A stretch of 37,013 bases of DNA from Octopus bimaculoides (GCF_001194135.2 NC_068981.1:54776101-54813113), one strand, 5' to 3'; shown: positions 10,951 through 22,935, counted from the stretch's first letter. A program made the numbers and translations. Notes: generated by a model from the sequence alone, not told the origin.

Positions 10951-11959
10951 CAAATTTTCAGAGAACTGTTTCTTTGTTGAACATCAGCCATATAGATCTC
11001 ACAAGTCTTGAAGGATCTACCAAAACCATGCTCTTCCTCTTCTGACTAACTTACTTTAAAAATGCATCATTGCTTACAAAGAAGTTATTCTGCTTTGGTT
11101 TTGATGTGTATTATCATTATTAAGCTATTAATATTAATTCAGTGAAACTTATATTTCAAAATTTCCTAAACAATATTGCAAATTTTATTCCTTGTCACTC
11201 TATCTCTTGGTTTAATTGTCTGTCATTCTCTTCTGTTTGATTATTGTTTTCTTTTGTGGGTAATGACTTATAAATATATTAATATCATGACATTTGATCA
11301 ATGTTGCTCTAATTTTTAATAGTTTGTGCAAAAATCTTATGGTGTGCAAATTTTTTTCTGAAACAAAACATTGTGTACTGAATAAGTTTGATTATTGATA
11401 ACTACATTATTTTAATACTACATGTATTTATTTCTTGTGTGCACATTAATTTCTTTTGTGCTTTGGTTGTAAAATGTATCTACATATATGCACAGAATTT
11501 AGAGGAAACTACTTTTGATGATCAAATATTCATATATTGCTGTTTCAATGAAAATATGTTCTGCATTTTAAACATGCTGTATTATTTTAATATCTCTCGT
11601 AGACAGTACACAAAATTTTAGAAAGAGAAAAAAAAACCCAAAAAGGAAATGGAAATATGTTAATCTTTTAATAGTTGATGTTTGGTTAAACATTATTTGT
11701 GGGAATCACTTTTCCTCTAAATCTGATGAGTATTGTCTAAGTTTTTAAACCCTATTAATTTTGCAAAAGCTACTTCTTTTTGTGGTGTTATTTCTTGTTA
11801 TCTAGTTGTTCCAGTTTTTCCAGTTTGTTTTTGTGTTTTGATACTTTCTCTCTTGAAGAAACCCTTAATGTAACTGCTGTTGTTGTTGCCATTATCATAA
11901 TCACCATTGTTAAGAAGAGCAGAGAGTAACAGAATTGGTAGAGAAATAGATTAAAATGT

Positions 11960-12355
11960 TTTATGCTACTTTACTATGTTTTGAACTCAAATTATGCTGG
12001 TGTTGACTTCACTTTTCATCCTTCCTGGAACCGTAGAATAGATAGCTGTCAAGTACTGTGGTTAATTTAATTGTTCTTTTCCTGTGACCTTGTTAGAAAT
12101 CATTATTATTAGTATTAGTATGATAATATTAGTATTATCATAAATATTATAGAGGCAGTAGATTAGCAGAATTGATAATGTACTGTTAAAATGTTCTATG
12201 GTATTTAATTACATCTCTTTATGTTCTGAGTACAAATTTTACCAAAATCGATTTTTGTTTTTCATCTTTCTGGGGTTGATAAAATAAATACTGGTCAAGC
12301 ACTGAGGTTAATGTAATTGATCTATACTCCACTTTCATAATATAAAGTCCTGTAC
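11960..12355 (+). mobile_element. Two decayed copies of SINE family C (~11960-12070 and ~12150-12355)
   Basis: gacttcacttttcatccttcctgg and ttttcatctttctggggttgataaaataaatactgg match the 10860-10895 core. Confidence 0.65.
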
Positions 12356-12589
12356 CACCTAACTATAATAAATTATCTCCAAACATTATCTTTTGCTCCA
12401 CACATCTACTTATCCTGGTCACATGGTAAATAATCTCTTAACTGTCTTTTGTTACCTGCCTATAAGCACACAGCATCAATGAGCAAATTAAGAAAATTCT
12501 TCCATAAACTTCGATAAACCAAGAGTCTGTCCTCAGAATTAAGTAACACTACAATCACAAATACTGTAGTACATCGTCATTGCTCTTCA

Positions 12590-12860
12590 TCATCATTTAA
12601 CATCCATATTCCATGCTGGCATGGGTTGGGTGGTTTGACAAGATCCAACAAATCAGAGAACTGTGTTGAACTCCTGCTTGTTTTGTGATGATCTCTACAG
12701 ATGGATACCCTCCCTAACATCAGTCACCTGACAGAGTATAGTGGGTGCTTTTTTGTATTATTGGCACTCGTGTGGTTGCCAAGTAGTACACAAGACAAAA
12801 CCTGCTGATCTTGAGGATGCCAAGTAGTACACAAGACAAGACTTGCTGATCGAGTGGGGT
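12590..12860 (-). mobile_element. Family A terminal segment (UTR variant 2), with an internal 41-bp tandem duplication
   Basis: catcatcatttaacatccatattCCATGCTGGCATGGgtt; reverse complement aligns to 10010-10226 up to ttttgtcttg; duplicated units start at 12778 and 12819. Confidence 0.75.
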
Positions 12861-13665
12861 GTGATCACCCTCTTGTAACTTGAAGTTATGTTCTAACACC
12901 TCCTCACCACCATCTTCTCTTCTTTTCTAGCTGGGTAGATATGTATGTCCTCTACTGTAACACACCTGTTCCTACCCTTCTTCTTAACACCTGGCACAAA
13001 CTAGCTACATACAATAAAAACAAAATATTACTGAAAACTAGCTTGGAAATACAACTCTAACTACACAACTGAATTAGCTAACTTAATAAAAATCAGGCAG
13101 TATATCAAACACATTGCAGTGACTCTACACACAACAGGAATAAAACTCAGAAATCAAACAAAAACAGAAAACTTGCAAATATTTGTATTGGTCATAAACC
13201 AGAAAGCGAGCAGTAAAATACTATATAAAACCACTAGCAGCATTAACAACTTCAACAACAGCCATAGAGCATTTTCAAATACAGAGTGTACTGGGTGCTT
13301 TTACACAGTACTGGCACAGGTGCTTTTATCATGGCTGCTTTTTATGTGGCACCTATGAAACTGTGAGATTAGAATCACCCAGCTGAAGAGGGATGTAGGG
13401 GACATACCTATATGCAAAGGCAACCTCTTTTTTAATTTATATCTACACAACCTTTCCATGCCTTCATAAAACATGCACACAGTCTTTTGTACAGATGACA
13501 TCAGAGTTGCTTTCTCCTGCTATATTCTTCAGCTATGGCTGTGCAACAACATCACTAAGATTCCAGACAAACAGGCTAAAAGTAGCTCTTAACAAATCCA
13601 CCATTACACCCAACAACATAAACATCATGCACACACAGAATCACCCATGAATCACCTTCTGCAAC

Positions 13666-14476
13666 TCTCTTATGTCATGCCATGTTCATGCCATTGATGA
13701 ATCATGGCTTGTTCCTCCTCCATTTACTTCTGTCTCTTGCAACATCACCCAGGTCTTTCTCATTCTGTACATTCATTCTCTTCCTCATCCAGTCAAACAT
13801 CTTCATTCTCTGCCTTCCTCTCATTCTCTGCCTTCCTCTCGCTCTCTTTCCAATCATCTCAGTTTCTGCCATGTAACACTCCATTCCGTCATCCTCTCTG
13901 AGAAAATGACCAACAACTCTCCATTGTCTCTCTCTGATAGTATCCATCAACTGTCTCTTTACTTTCATCTTCCTCAACACTTCCACATTCGTTACCTTCT
14001 GTACCCACAAGATTCTAAGCATTTTTCTATAAAACCACATTTCTGCAGTTTTGAGTCTCTTCTCTATGACTTTGCTTATCATCCAAGACTCACATCTATA
14101 TGTTAACGCCGACCAGATGTAGCACTTCAACAGTCTTTTCTTGACTTCCATTCCAATTCTCTTTGCACAAAAAATGCTCCTCATATCCATAAAAGTCTTC
14201 TTTGCTAATCAAATTCTGCACCTGCTGTCCTTATCTGACCTTCCATCTGATGTTATCCAACTTCCCAGATATATGGAACTGTCCTTCTGCTCTATCCCAG
14301 TTCCATTCACTGTCGAGTGACATGCGGGTACCTGTGCTTTCTTGGTAAGACCATTGAGAGGGTTTTCTGGCAGTTAATCGCCAATCCAAGCTTTCCATTC
14401 TCCTCAGTCACAATATTAATCAATCCTTGAAGCTTCTCTTCTGTGTTATTCATTAAGGCTTCAATGTATTTTTTGA
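13666..14476 (-). mobile_element. 5'-truncated RTE-clade LINE (different family), RT C-terminus
   Basis: YLGSWITSDG; KKRLLKCYIWSALTYRCESW; GHFLR; RARGRQR. Probable TSD ACCTTC(T/A)GCAAC at 13654-13665 and 14477-14488 (1 mismatch). Confidence 0.88.
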
Positions 14477-14829
14477 ACCTTCAGCAACATTCACAAAATA
14501 CATAGAAGCGTTAATAAGGGTTTTTAACTGACATATATGCATGCACATGCACACATATGTCCACATACATACATACAGACAGACAGACAGAGTTTTGATT
14601 CATTCATTGCCTCAAAAATATAATTATATTCTTAACACAGCCTTATTACAATAAAATGTTATTGAGCTGAAATTCATCTTTTCAAACCCCCCTTGTATAA
14701 AGCAGATCTTAAAGCTAAGCTTTTCATATGTAACTTATTAACTTCATCAAAAATTTTGAACTTGGAGCAGATCAAATGAAAGTGTATTCTGTAGTTACTT
14801 GTCTCTGCAGAAACACAACTATAGGAGCA

Positions 14830-15730
14830 TCAGATTGATGGACAAGGTCATGAAAGCTATTGAAAGGGTAATAGCACAAGTGATTAAGAAAAGAATTAAC
14901 CTAAACAAAATGGTTTAGGTTTATGTCATGACAGGTATCCTTTATACCTTTTTCTTAGTGAGAAATATTTGCTTAGCTTTTGTTGAGGTGAAGAAGGCTT
15001 TTGACAGGGTCCTGTGCTCTGTAGTCAGGTGGTTATTTACAAAACTATAAACACATTTTGAAACCATAACAGAATAGTCTGAAACTTGTTGTCTGTAGGA
15101 ACTCCTGTGTGTTGATAATTTAACTCTTAGAGCTGAATTGGTCAAAGGTTTAGAAAGGAGATTCCAAAATTGGAAGCAGAATTAGAGGCCTAAGCAACTT
15201 AGCAAAGATGCAAATTTTAGTAAATAGGAAAGAAGAGAGTACAGTACTGCTTTTGAAAATGGCTATGCTTGACATGCAGAAAAAGAGTAGGTAGGAATTT
15301 CGTACAATGTAGTCAGTGTAAGCTAAGGATGTACAAAGAGTGTACTGTTACTGGAAGTAGGCTGACAGGGAATATAGATTTCATGTGTGATAAATACACA
15401 TGGGTTGTTAGAAGTTCAAGTGTGTGTGAGATAAATTCCTTCAGATATTTGGAAGGCTCTCTAGCTGTAATTAATCGCTTTTGCTATCTAGGTGATTAAA
15501 TTAATAACAGAAGTAGGTGTTCCAAAAGCATAATTGCCAGAGTGAGAACAAAGTGGAGAAGGCTTAGAATGTTACTGTGTCTGCTAACAATATGGGGTTT
15601 CTCTCAGAGTTTGTACAATGCTTATGTACAAAGTGCAAAGCTGCATGGTAACAAGATGTGGGTCTTTAATGTGAAGAATGTGTGAAGGTTGGAAAGAAAT
15701 GAGGTCAGCATACTACTGAATGTGTAATAT
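14830..15730 (+). mobile_element. Second family A RTE copy, RT region with PHD-like insertion, heavily decayed
   Basis: KVMKAIERVIAQVIKKRINLNKM; AFVEVKKAFDRV; ELLCVDNL (YADD-like); WLCLTCRKRVGRNFVQCSQC; FCYLGD. Confidence 0.8.
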
Positions 15731-15787
15731 TTATATATCTATATTATAATGGAGGAAGCTGCTTATTAATTAGGTATGTAACAGTTA

Positions 15788-16535
15788 TAATTTCCACAAA
15801 TGCTTAAATCACCTTTTTTTGGCAATTTTACAATGAGTCCCTCTTTCCAATCATTAGGCACATTTTCTTCCTGCCATATCTTAGAAAATAATGGACTATT
15901 TCTATAGTTGATTTCATTGCTTCAACTGGAATATTGTCTATACCTCCTGCTTTCCCATTCTTGAGGGATTGTATAGCCTTTCTTATTTCAAACTTGGATG
16001 GTGGGTCAAGGCTGATGTTAAGATCCAAATTTCTTGGCACAATGTTGGCTATTGTGTCAGGAGGTAGTCTATTGAGCAAATCTTCAAAATGTTCCTTCCA
16101 TCGATTTTTTTTGTTCTAGAATTGATGTTAGCGTCCGGCCATCCTTCCCTGTTACTGCCTTTTCTACTCTTACTCTCTTCCCGTAGTATACTTAAAATGA
16201 GATGGCCCAAACACATAAGCAATATGGAGCTATGGCAAAGAATGAATCAAGTTTCGATTAGGGAGCAAGTATTTAAGAAAAAGTGGAAGTGGATTGGTAG
16301 CACAATTAGAAAGGACACACCAAATGTATCGAAAAGTGCTTTACAGTGGAATCCGGATGGATATAGAAAGAGGGGTAGGCCTAAGAACTCGTGGCGTAGA
16401 TCAACACAAAAGAAACTAGAGAAAGGGACATTCATGGTAGAGTATAAGTACAGAAGTGAAAAATTATGCGACATGGAATTCAATTATAAGTGGCCTACAC
16501 TCTGTGTTGGAGGGTTAAAGGCAAGAAAGAAAGAA
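15788..16535. mobile_element. RTE-clade LINE insertion with 5' inversion (minus-strand internal segment 15788-~16183; plus-strand 3' end ~16182-16535)
   Basis: Minus: KDGRTLTS..RWKEHFEDLLNR..KNGKAGGIDNIP..WKEGLIVKLPKKGDLSICGNY. Plus: RSILKMRWP..KWKWIG..WNPDGYRKRGRPKNSWRR with (AAGA)3 tail. Identical 12-bp TSD ATGTAACAGTTA at 15776-15787 and 16536-16547. Confidence 0.92.
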
Positions 16536-16879
16536 ATGTAACAGTTACTAAAAGAAAGCAATTTTTTAATAAATTCATGTAATTTCGATTTCTGAAGTTT
16601 ATCTAATATTTGAACTTCAAGTTCTTCACAAATTTAAATATTCGTAGCATTCACTGTAGAATAGATTTAATAAACAATATTAATTTGTTGGAGGTGAAAT
16701 TTTCTGTTTTCATTTACAACAGTTTCTTACTCTCCCTTGCCTTTTGTTTTCATTAATGATAATTTGATATATATTCATTTCAATATTTTCATTTCAAGTT
16801 TTAATTCACTATTTCCCAAACCCACAGTTTATTCTATATATATGTAATGTAAAAAATAATTATTTATTGAATGAATGAC

Positions 16880-16925
16880 CACCCATGCTAGCATGGAAGG
16901 TTGACATTAAACGATAATGATGATG
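16880..16925 (+). mobile_element. Minimal family A tail (palindrome plus (GAT)n only)
   Basis: acCCATGCTAGCATGGaaggttgacattaaacgataatgatgatg. Confidence 0.8.
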
Positions 16926-17469
16926 GACGAATGCTATTAGACAAAATAGCTGTATAACTTTGAGACTTATTTTTGATAAGATGAAAATTTTTGAATATAC
17001 TGGTATAATTAAAAAAAAAAAAAAATTAAGAAGTGATTTTGTTGGTATGACTGTTTGGAATGCTATAAGCCTTACAAAAATGACAATGTGATTGCTTCTA
17101 TTTCTAGCACACTAAATGCATAAATAACTGAAAGAAATATTTACTAACGATACATTATTGAAAGAAATATTTACTAAGCAAGTGAGATTTTTTATAAATT
17201 GAAGTTTTCAGGAAAATTTACTTTCTGAACTTACTTTTATTATTGAATATTTCAAGTTCACAAATTTAAATATTCGCTACCTGATAGTTTTAAATGAACT
17301 TTTATTTATACGTTTTTTTTTTTTTTTTTCATATTTGCAATGTTCTCTCCCCCACCTCTCTCTCTCTCTCTAATATAAACACACAGACTGTCTCTGTAAT
17401 ATAAACACACACACATTCCAGGTTTGACTAGCAGAAAACCATCTAGAGGGCGGTCTTTCTACTAGTTGG

Positions 17470-17796
17470 TATAATGGAAGGATCACAAAGGAGTTAGATA
17501 AAAAGTCGGATACATGAGGAATCAAGACAGTGATGATGCAGGCAAGTGATATATATGGAAGACACCAGTTGTGTAAATAAGTGCTTAGTACTCCAAGTGA
17601 GTAGAACCAATCGTAGAGGAATGTCAAAGAAAATGTGGAGCAAAGTGAAGACATCTCTCAAGAGGCTGAAACTTATGAAGAAGATGACAAATGACTGTGA
17701 CTTGTTGCATGACACCATGCTAGAGAGAGCTCATACAGTCTATGCAAGCATGGTAAAAATGGATGTAAAAATGTTGCTGAGGTGATGATGAAGATT
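17470..17796 (+). mobile_element. Family A RTE 3' end, with ORF running directly into the palindromic tail (essentially no 3' UTR)
   Basis: YMEDTSCVNKCLVLQV..RRGMSKKMW parallels SCIKKCLSLK..RRGKPRKTW at ~9255-9330; ends ctatgcaagcatgg (17740-17753) ...gtgatgatg. Confidence 0.75.
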
Positions 17797-18559
17797 AATC
17801 CATTTGGATCTTTCCTAGTCATCATGTTCTTATTAAGTCTCCATTTACTTCCCCTTTCTCTTCAATACTCTTTCTTTACTCTTCTCTTTCTCTATAAATG
17901 TATTTCTTATCACTCTATTTCTCTCACCTTGTGCTGCCTTTGTACCAAAGAATGGCATTGCATTTGATTTGTTTATATTTCATTCCTCTTTAAATCACTC
18001 TTTCTTATTAGACATCACTCTTTCTTATTAGACATCACTCTCTCTCTCCCATTGCTTCTTCTCTTACCATTCATTGTTGAAACCTATCATTCCCACTCTT
18101 TTACAAGCATCCTCTTCATCATTCTCTTATATTACTCTCTGTTGTTCATTATTGACCATCACTCACTTTCTCATCACACTCTCCCCATTACTCTCTCACT
18201 TTTAGTACTTCTTCTTTCATTCTATCTCCCTGTCAATCTCTTTTCCTTCATCATGTTGTTCATGCTATTTCTATCCAATCTCCTTATCAATAGTCTTTGG
18301 GCAGCCATTCATCAGTCATTCTTTTTTTCCCTTTACTCTCTCCTCTATTACCCTCATGCTATTATCACACTTATCTTCTATTACTCACTCTCTCTCTCAC
18401 TTGCTCTAGCTCTCTTCTGTCATTTCCCCATCTATCTGTAAGGGACGAGACAATTCTCTAGTGTTGGTGAATTAACAAATGAAGAAAATATTGAGTAGAG
18501 AGAATGATCTAGTCATGCTGATAATACAACTTCTCTACTGATAGTGACATAATAAAATA

Positions 18560-18725
18560 CACCCAATGCACACTGTAAAGTGGGTGATTGTAGGGCATTT
18601 AGCTAAGAAAAATGCCAAAAATGGATCCTCCAATCTAAGAAGGAATTAGTTTGAATAAGAACTGTCTTAGTCCATGACAACCATCTGCCCCATACCAGTA
18701 TAAAAAAGCAGACATAAATTGATGA
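18560..18725 (+). mobile_element. Old decayed family A-like terminal segment
   Basis: cacactgtaaagtgg...agggcatttagct...aaaagcagacataaattgatgac loosely matches 10070-10226. Confidence 0.45.
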
Positions 18726-19009
18726 CAAAACTGATTATGATATTTATAACCTGCCAAAGAAAATGATCAAAGCATTACTAAAACAGATGAATTTAGTATC
18801 TTCATTCTGTATGAGTTGTCTAATGTTTTCTGTTTTTGTATAGTTCTTTATTTTTTAGTAGACTATACTGTGAAATTATGTCTATAAATATTTGCTTGTG
18901 CTTAGTTATTTCTGTTGTATAGCAGAATTAATGAATTTGTTATTTCTCTAAGGCCATTGATTTTCAAAAGGGAAAGTTCAAATGTTTGTTGAAATGCTAG
19001 TTGTATACT

Positions 19010-19260
19010 TTCACAACTCAGTAATCATCTTTCCTGGACATTTGATAGCTCTGAATTGTGCTTTGTATGCAAAGCAGCGGGCTATAGTTTGTATAGAAAG
19101 TAGGAACTGCAACTGGTTCAACACAAGCAATGGCATCAAACAAGGCTGATTCATTTTTTGCTGGATTGGTACAAGTAAAGGGTATGATGATAGTGTGCCA
19201 ATTCGCAGGGAACGGATCACTATTTTTTGATATTCCAATGAAACCACCCTAATCTATTGC
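19010..19260 (+). mobile_element. RTE-like RT internal fragment
   Basis: FPGHLIALNCALYAKQRAIVCIESRNCNWFNTSNGIKQG (QG motif region), followed by a YADD-like YSNETTLI. Confidence 0.6.
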
Positions 19261-20889
19261 AGTATTTCTAGAAGAGACCACAGTGGACAATGAACATAAG
19301 CATTTTAATGAGTGTAGATTGGTCAGTCAGTCAGTTTTTTCTTCTGGATACTTTTTATAATGTATTTAATAACAATATCCATTATCTTAGGTAAACACTC
19401 TGACATTGGCCACAAGTTAGTTGTTGTTCAAATTTTAAGTTGTTTGTGTTTGTATATTTTAATCCCTAGGTCAGCCCAAATCAGTTATATTCCAGCCATG
19501 ACCATTCTACCTTTTAGAAGTGTTAAGATTATGTTCTTTAATTTCTGTTCATGGAAGTAGTGCATATATAGTGTATGGTGTCAGAAGAGTTCATGCAAGA
19601 TGTCAGTGTGTGAATGGTCAAGGAAGAATAAACTATATATCAATTTTTACTAAATTATTTTTGTTAAAAATGTTAATTGTATTATAACTGTAAGATTTGA
19701 ACAAGATAACTCAAGTAATTTTCATGCAAACCTGTTTAATCTAACATTTGTCGATGATAGCAGATTCAAAACTTAGGATTTACCAGCTATTTTTTCCTAA
19801 AGATATGTAATATATATATTGTAGCTTTTTCACTGTGTAATGACAAACTAACTAAGTCTAAATCTGATTCAAGAGGTAGAGATATTTTATTCTGTTTCTA
19901 GACTCAGCGCCAAGTTTTTCTGAGAAATTCATCTGCAATATATCTTGAAGTTTTGTTCATTGTCTCAACTCTGACCCTCGAGACAATTTTAGAATACACT
20001 ATTAAACCACTGCTAGTAATGAATGTTAGATTACTTCATTGTGGCAAGGCTAAAAATTTTAATGATTAGCCATGTGCATATGCTCTAAAGTGTTTCCACA
20101 TACCATTAGAAGTTGCCTAAAAATATTCCACAAAAACACTGACATTAAAAAACAAAAAAAAATCTGAAGAAACATCTAAAGAGCTTAACCAAACATATTG
20201 CTGGGAATAGGCTCAGAATGAATCCAAAGGAACAGTTTACAGCAATGTAAGTTATTAATTGTAGAAACCAGTTAATGTTAATGTTAGAAATCAATTTAGT
20301 TTTGTTAAAAATCAATATTATTAAACCATTTGAAAGGAAGTTTTGATCTAGGTACATAGAAGTTTCTTTTGGTTCTAATTTGTAAATCTGTATGAGATTG
20401 CTAGGAGTTTGAAAAGAAAATTTAATGGTGAACATGGCTGATATTAATATAATTCATAATAAGGATCCACCCAGCTCACAGTACCAAAGTAATGATCATG
20501 GTTAGTAAATTGTGAGGAAACTGGTTAGATCACAATTTTATGTTTAGTATTTATCAATGAAATCTTGATTAGTAACATGTTGGCATAGTTACTCTTTTAC
20601 TTTCTCTCTCTCTTTTTCTCTGATCTCTGTTCTTTCTATTTCTCTCTTTATGTCTATCTCTTTTTAAAAATATTTTTTATTAGCTTTTAGTAATTTTTTG
20701 GCAAATTTGGTTAATTATTCTGATTGCATTACTTATTTCAGTCTGAGACATAGTTTATTGATCTATACTTATTGAAGTGCTAAGTTACATTTTTAACATA
20801 AAGAGATGTAACTTGACCTACCAGACATTATATGTAAAAATTATATAATGTCTGTTTTCCATGCTAGTATTGTTTGTACAGTTTGACAG

Positions 20890-21250
20890 AAACTTATGAG
20901 ATGCATTAGACATATGTATATATATGGTGGAAGTCAACTTGTGCCCAAATACAACCAGTTCTTGGAAATTTCTCATATATTACCATGGATTGCAAAAGAG
21001 CACAACTGCCAGCCATATGTAGCTGACCAGTATCAAAAAAGCATTATGCAAGCTTTGTATAGACCACTATTTCTAGGTTCTTCCTGATGAACAGGTGAGC
21101 AGTGCTATCCCTGAAAAAGGCTTCTTGGCCACTTGAGATGCTGTTGGATTTCGCCTTTGCCATTGTTTGGAAAAGAAGTGAGCAGTCATCCAAGCCATCT
21201 ACATGCAAGTACTTCCAGGAATCAAGCTTGTGTGTTCAACTACTTCTCAT
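20890..21250 (-). mobile_element. Very decayed LINE RT C-terminal remnant
   Basis: Frameshifted VYKACIM-like and EIQQ..LF..KNL-like motifs on the minus strand. Confidence 0.35.
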
Positions 21251-21735
21251 TGCTGCAGGACTTTGTGAGAAATCCATAGTATTTTTTAAGAAGTTCCTGC
21301 ATGTGAAACTAATTATAGTGAGTGAAGTGTGAACAGAACTGCACTCACTTTTCAGATAGAACATTTTTCTTTTCTGTGGCTCAGAAATTGAATGATCCTA
21401 GCTTTTACTTCAGAGTATCCTTCTTCTAGAGAAATGTTCTGATAAGAACTAAGGATTCATCATTCTGAAGTGGTCTTACAGTGTACTTGTTCATCTTCAA
21501 GAATTACTTTGTCCTAATGCACCACATTATTGGATGGCCATTGACTCCTTTGAACAAGTGTCTTGCTTTTCATCCTGCAGGATGTCCAAAATCACGCACC
21601 TCACCAAGCTTCCTTGGTGAGGTTGCCAGTTTAGTTGCTGATAACCCAAAACATACAACACATGGTACTGTGGTAACTAACATGTAACCAGTATCACTCT
21701 CAAGTGATCTTGCTCTCTCATGAATGTGCGTGAAT

Positions 21736-21774
21736 ACACACACACACACACACATACACACACACACACACACA
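21736..21774. repeat. (CA)n microsatellite
   Basis: Direct, with one CATA interruption. Confidence 0.95.
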
Positions 21775-21789
21775 TGTTGAGTTTCTGCA

Positions 21790-21930
21790 TAGATTCTGTC
21801 TATCGAATTCCATTCATAAGACATTGGTCAACCTGAGGCTAGAGTAAAAGATACTTAATCAAGGTGCTACTCAGTGGGATTGAACCTGAAACTACATTGT
21901 TGTGAAGTGATCTTCTTAATTACATGGCTG
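21790..21930 (-). mobile_element. SINE family B 5' half
   Basis: cagtgggattgaacctgaaac (reverse-complement B box GGTTCAATCCC); aligns to 29540-29650. Confidence 0.7.
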
Positions 21931-22344
21931 TTGTGGCTATTGAAATTTCCCAAACACTAAAGATTGCAAAAGTGTGTTTGCTTTTGTTTTAGTTTACATT
22001 CTAATATCAGGTGACTTTGGTAAGATAGTAATAGTATTTTCAATGAAAATCTACTCCAGTTACAATATGGCTGGAAATCCTACAGACAATAGAGACATAC
22101 TGTATTGTTAGTGTAACAAGTGGGATATTGTTTTACATAAAATCTTCAGTAGCAAAAAGACTGATTGATTAGGGTTTACTTTATATATTGCATAAATCTC
22201 AAAGTCAACTTCAGCAGAATTTTCGCTCTCAACATAAAGTGATTGACTAAATAGAGAGAATCATTCTTCATTCCTCTACTAAATCCACAGCCCTTTTAAT
22301 GTCAATAATAAAAATTTCTGATGTATGCTTACAACCAAAAGTTT

Positions 22345-22794
22345 GGTGGGAGGGTTCAGTTTATTCTATGTTTTGAGGGAGGGCTCAGATTATTCTGTGT
22401 TGTGGAAAGCTCTCTCTAGTGGGTGGGCTCAACTTATTCTATGTTTTGCATGAGGGCTCCGCTAATTCAGTGTTTTGTGGCAGGGGTCAAATCATTGTAT
22501 GTTTTGTGGGAGGGCACAGATTATTCTATGTGTTCTGGGAGGGCTCAGATTATTCTGGACCATAGTATAGCTCAGATGATTCATTGTTCTGTGTTGTGGG
22601 TTAAAGCTCATGTTACTCTGTGTTGTTTGTGAGCTGGTGGGAGGGTTCAGTTTATTCTATGTTTTGCATGAGGGCTCAGCTAATTCAGTGTTTTGTGGAA
22701 GGGTTTAGATTATTCTATATGTTGTGAAGAGGGCTCTTATTATTCTGGACCATGGTATAGCTCAGATGATTCATTGTTCTGTGTTGTGGGTTAA
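22345..22794. repeat. ~30-bp minisatellite with a higher-order duplication
   Basis: Unit approximately gagggctcagattattctatgttttgtgg; exact longer blocks recur at 22345/22636 and 22551/22741. Confidence 0.9.
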
Positions 22795-22799
22795 GATAA

Positions 22800-22935
22800 T
22801 TTATTTAACCCCAATATTTGACTGACTGCTAAATGGATGAAAGTCAAAACTGATTCAAGTAGATTAGAGCTCAGAACGTATAGGAATGTAAGAAACACAG
22901 CAAAAAATTTTATCTGATTGTACTATCCATCATTC
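22800..22935 (-). mobile_element. SINE family C copy
   Basis: Reverse complement contains acgttctgagctctaatc...ttgactttcatcc, matching the family C core. Confidence 0.6.

Noticed and set aside
17860-18441. Hydrophobic 129-aa ORF (18052-18441) resembling a membrane protein
   Set aside because: Product of pyrimidine-rich low-complexity DNA; no splice signals or family motif.
20145-20435. Possible hAT transposase C-terminal remnant
   Set aside because: Similarity too weak; no TIRs or diagnostic motif.
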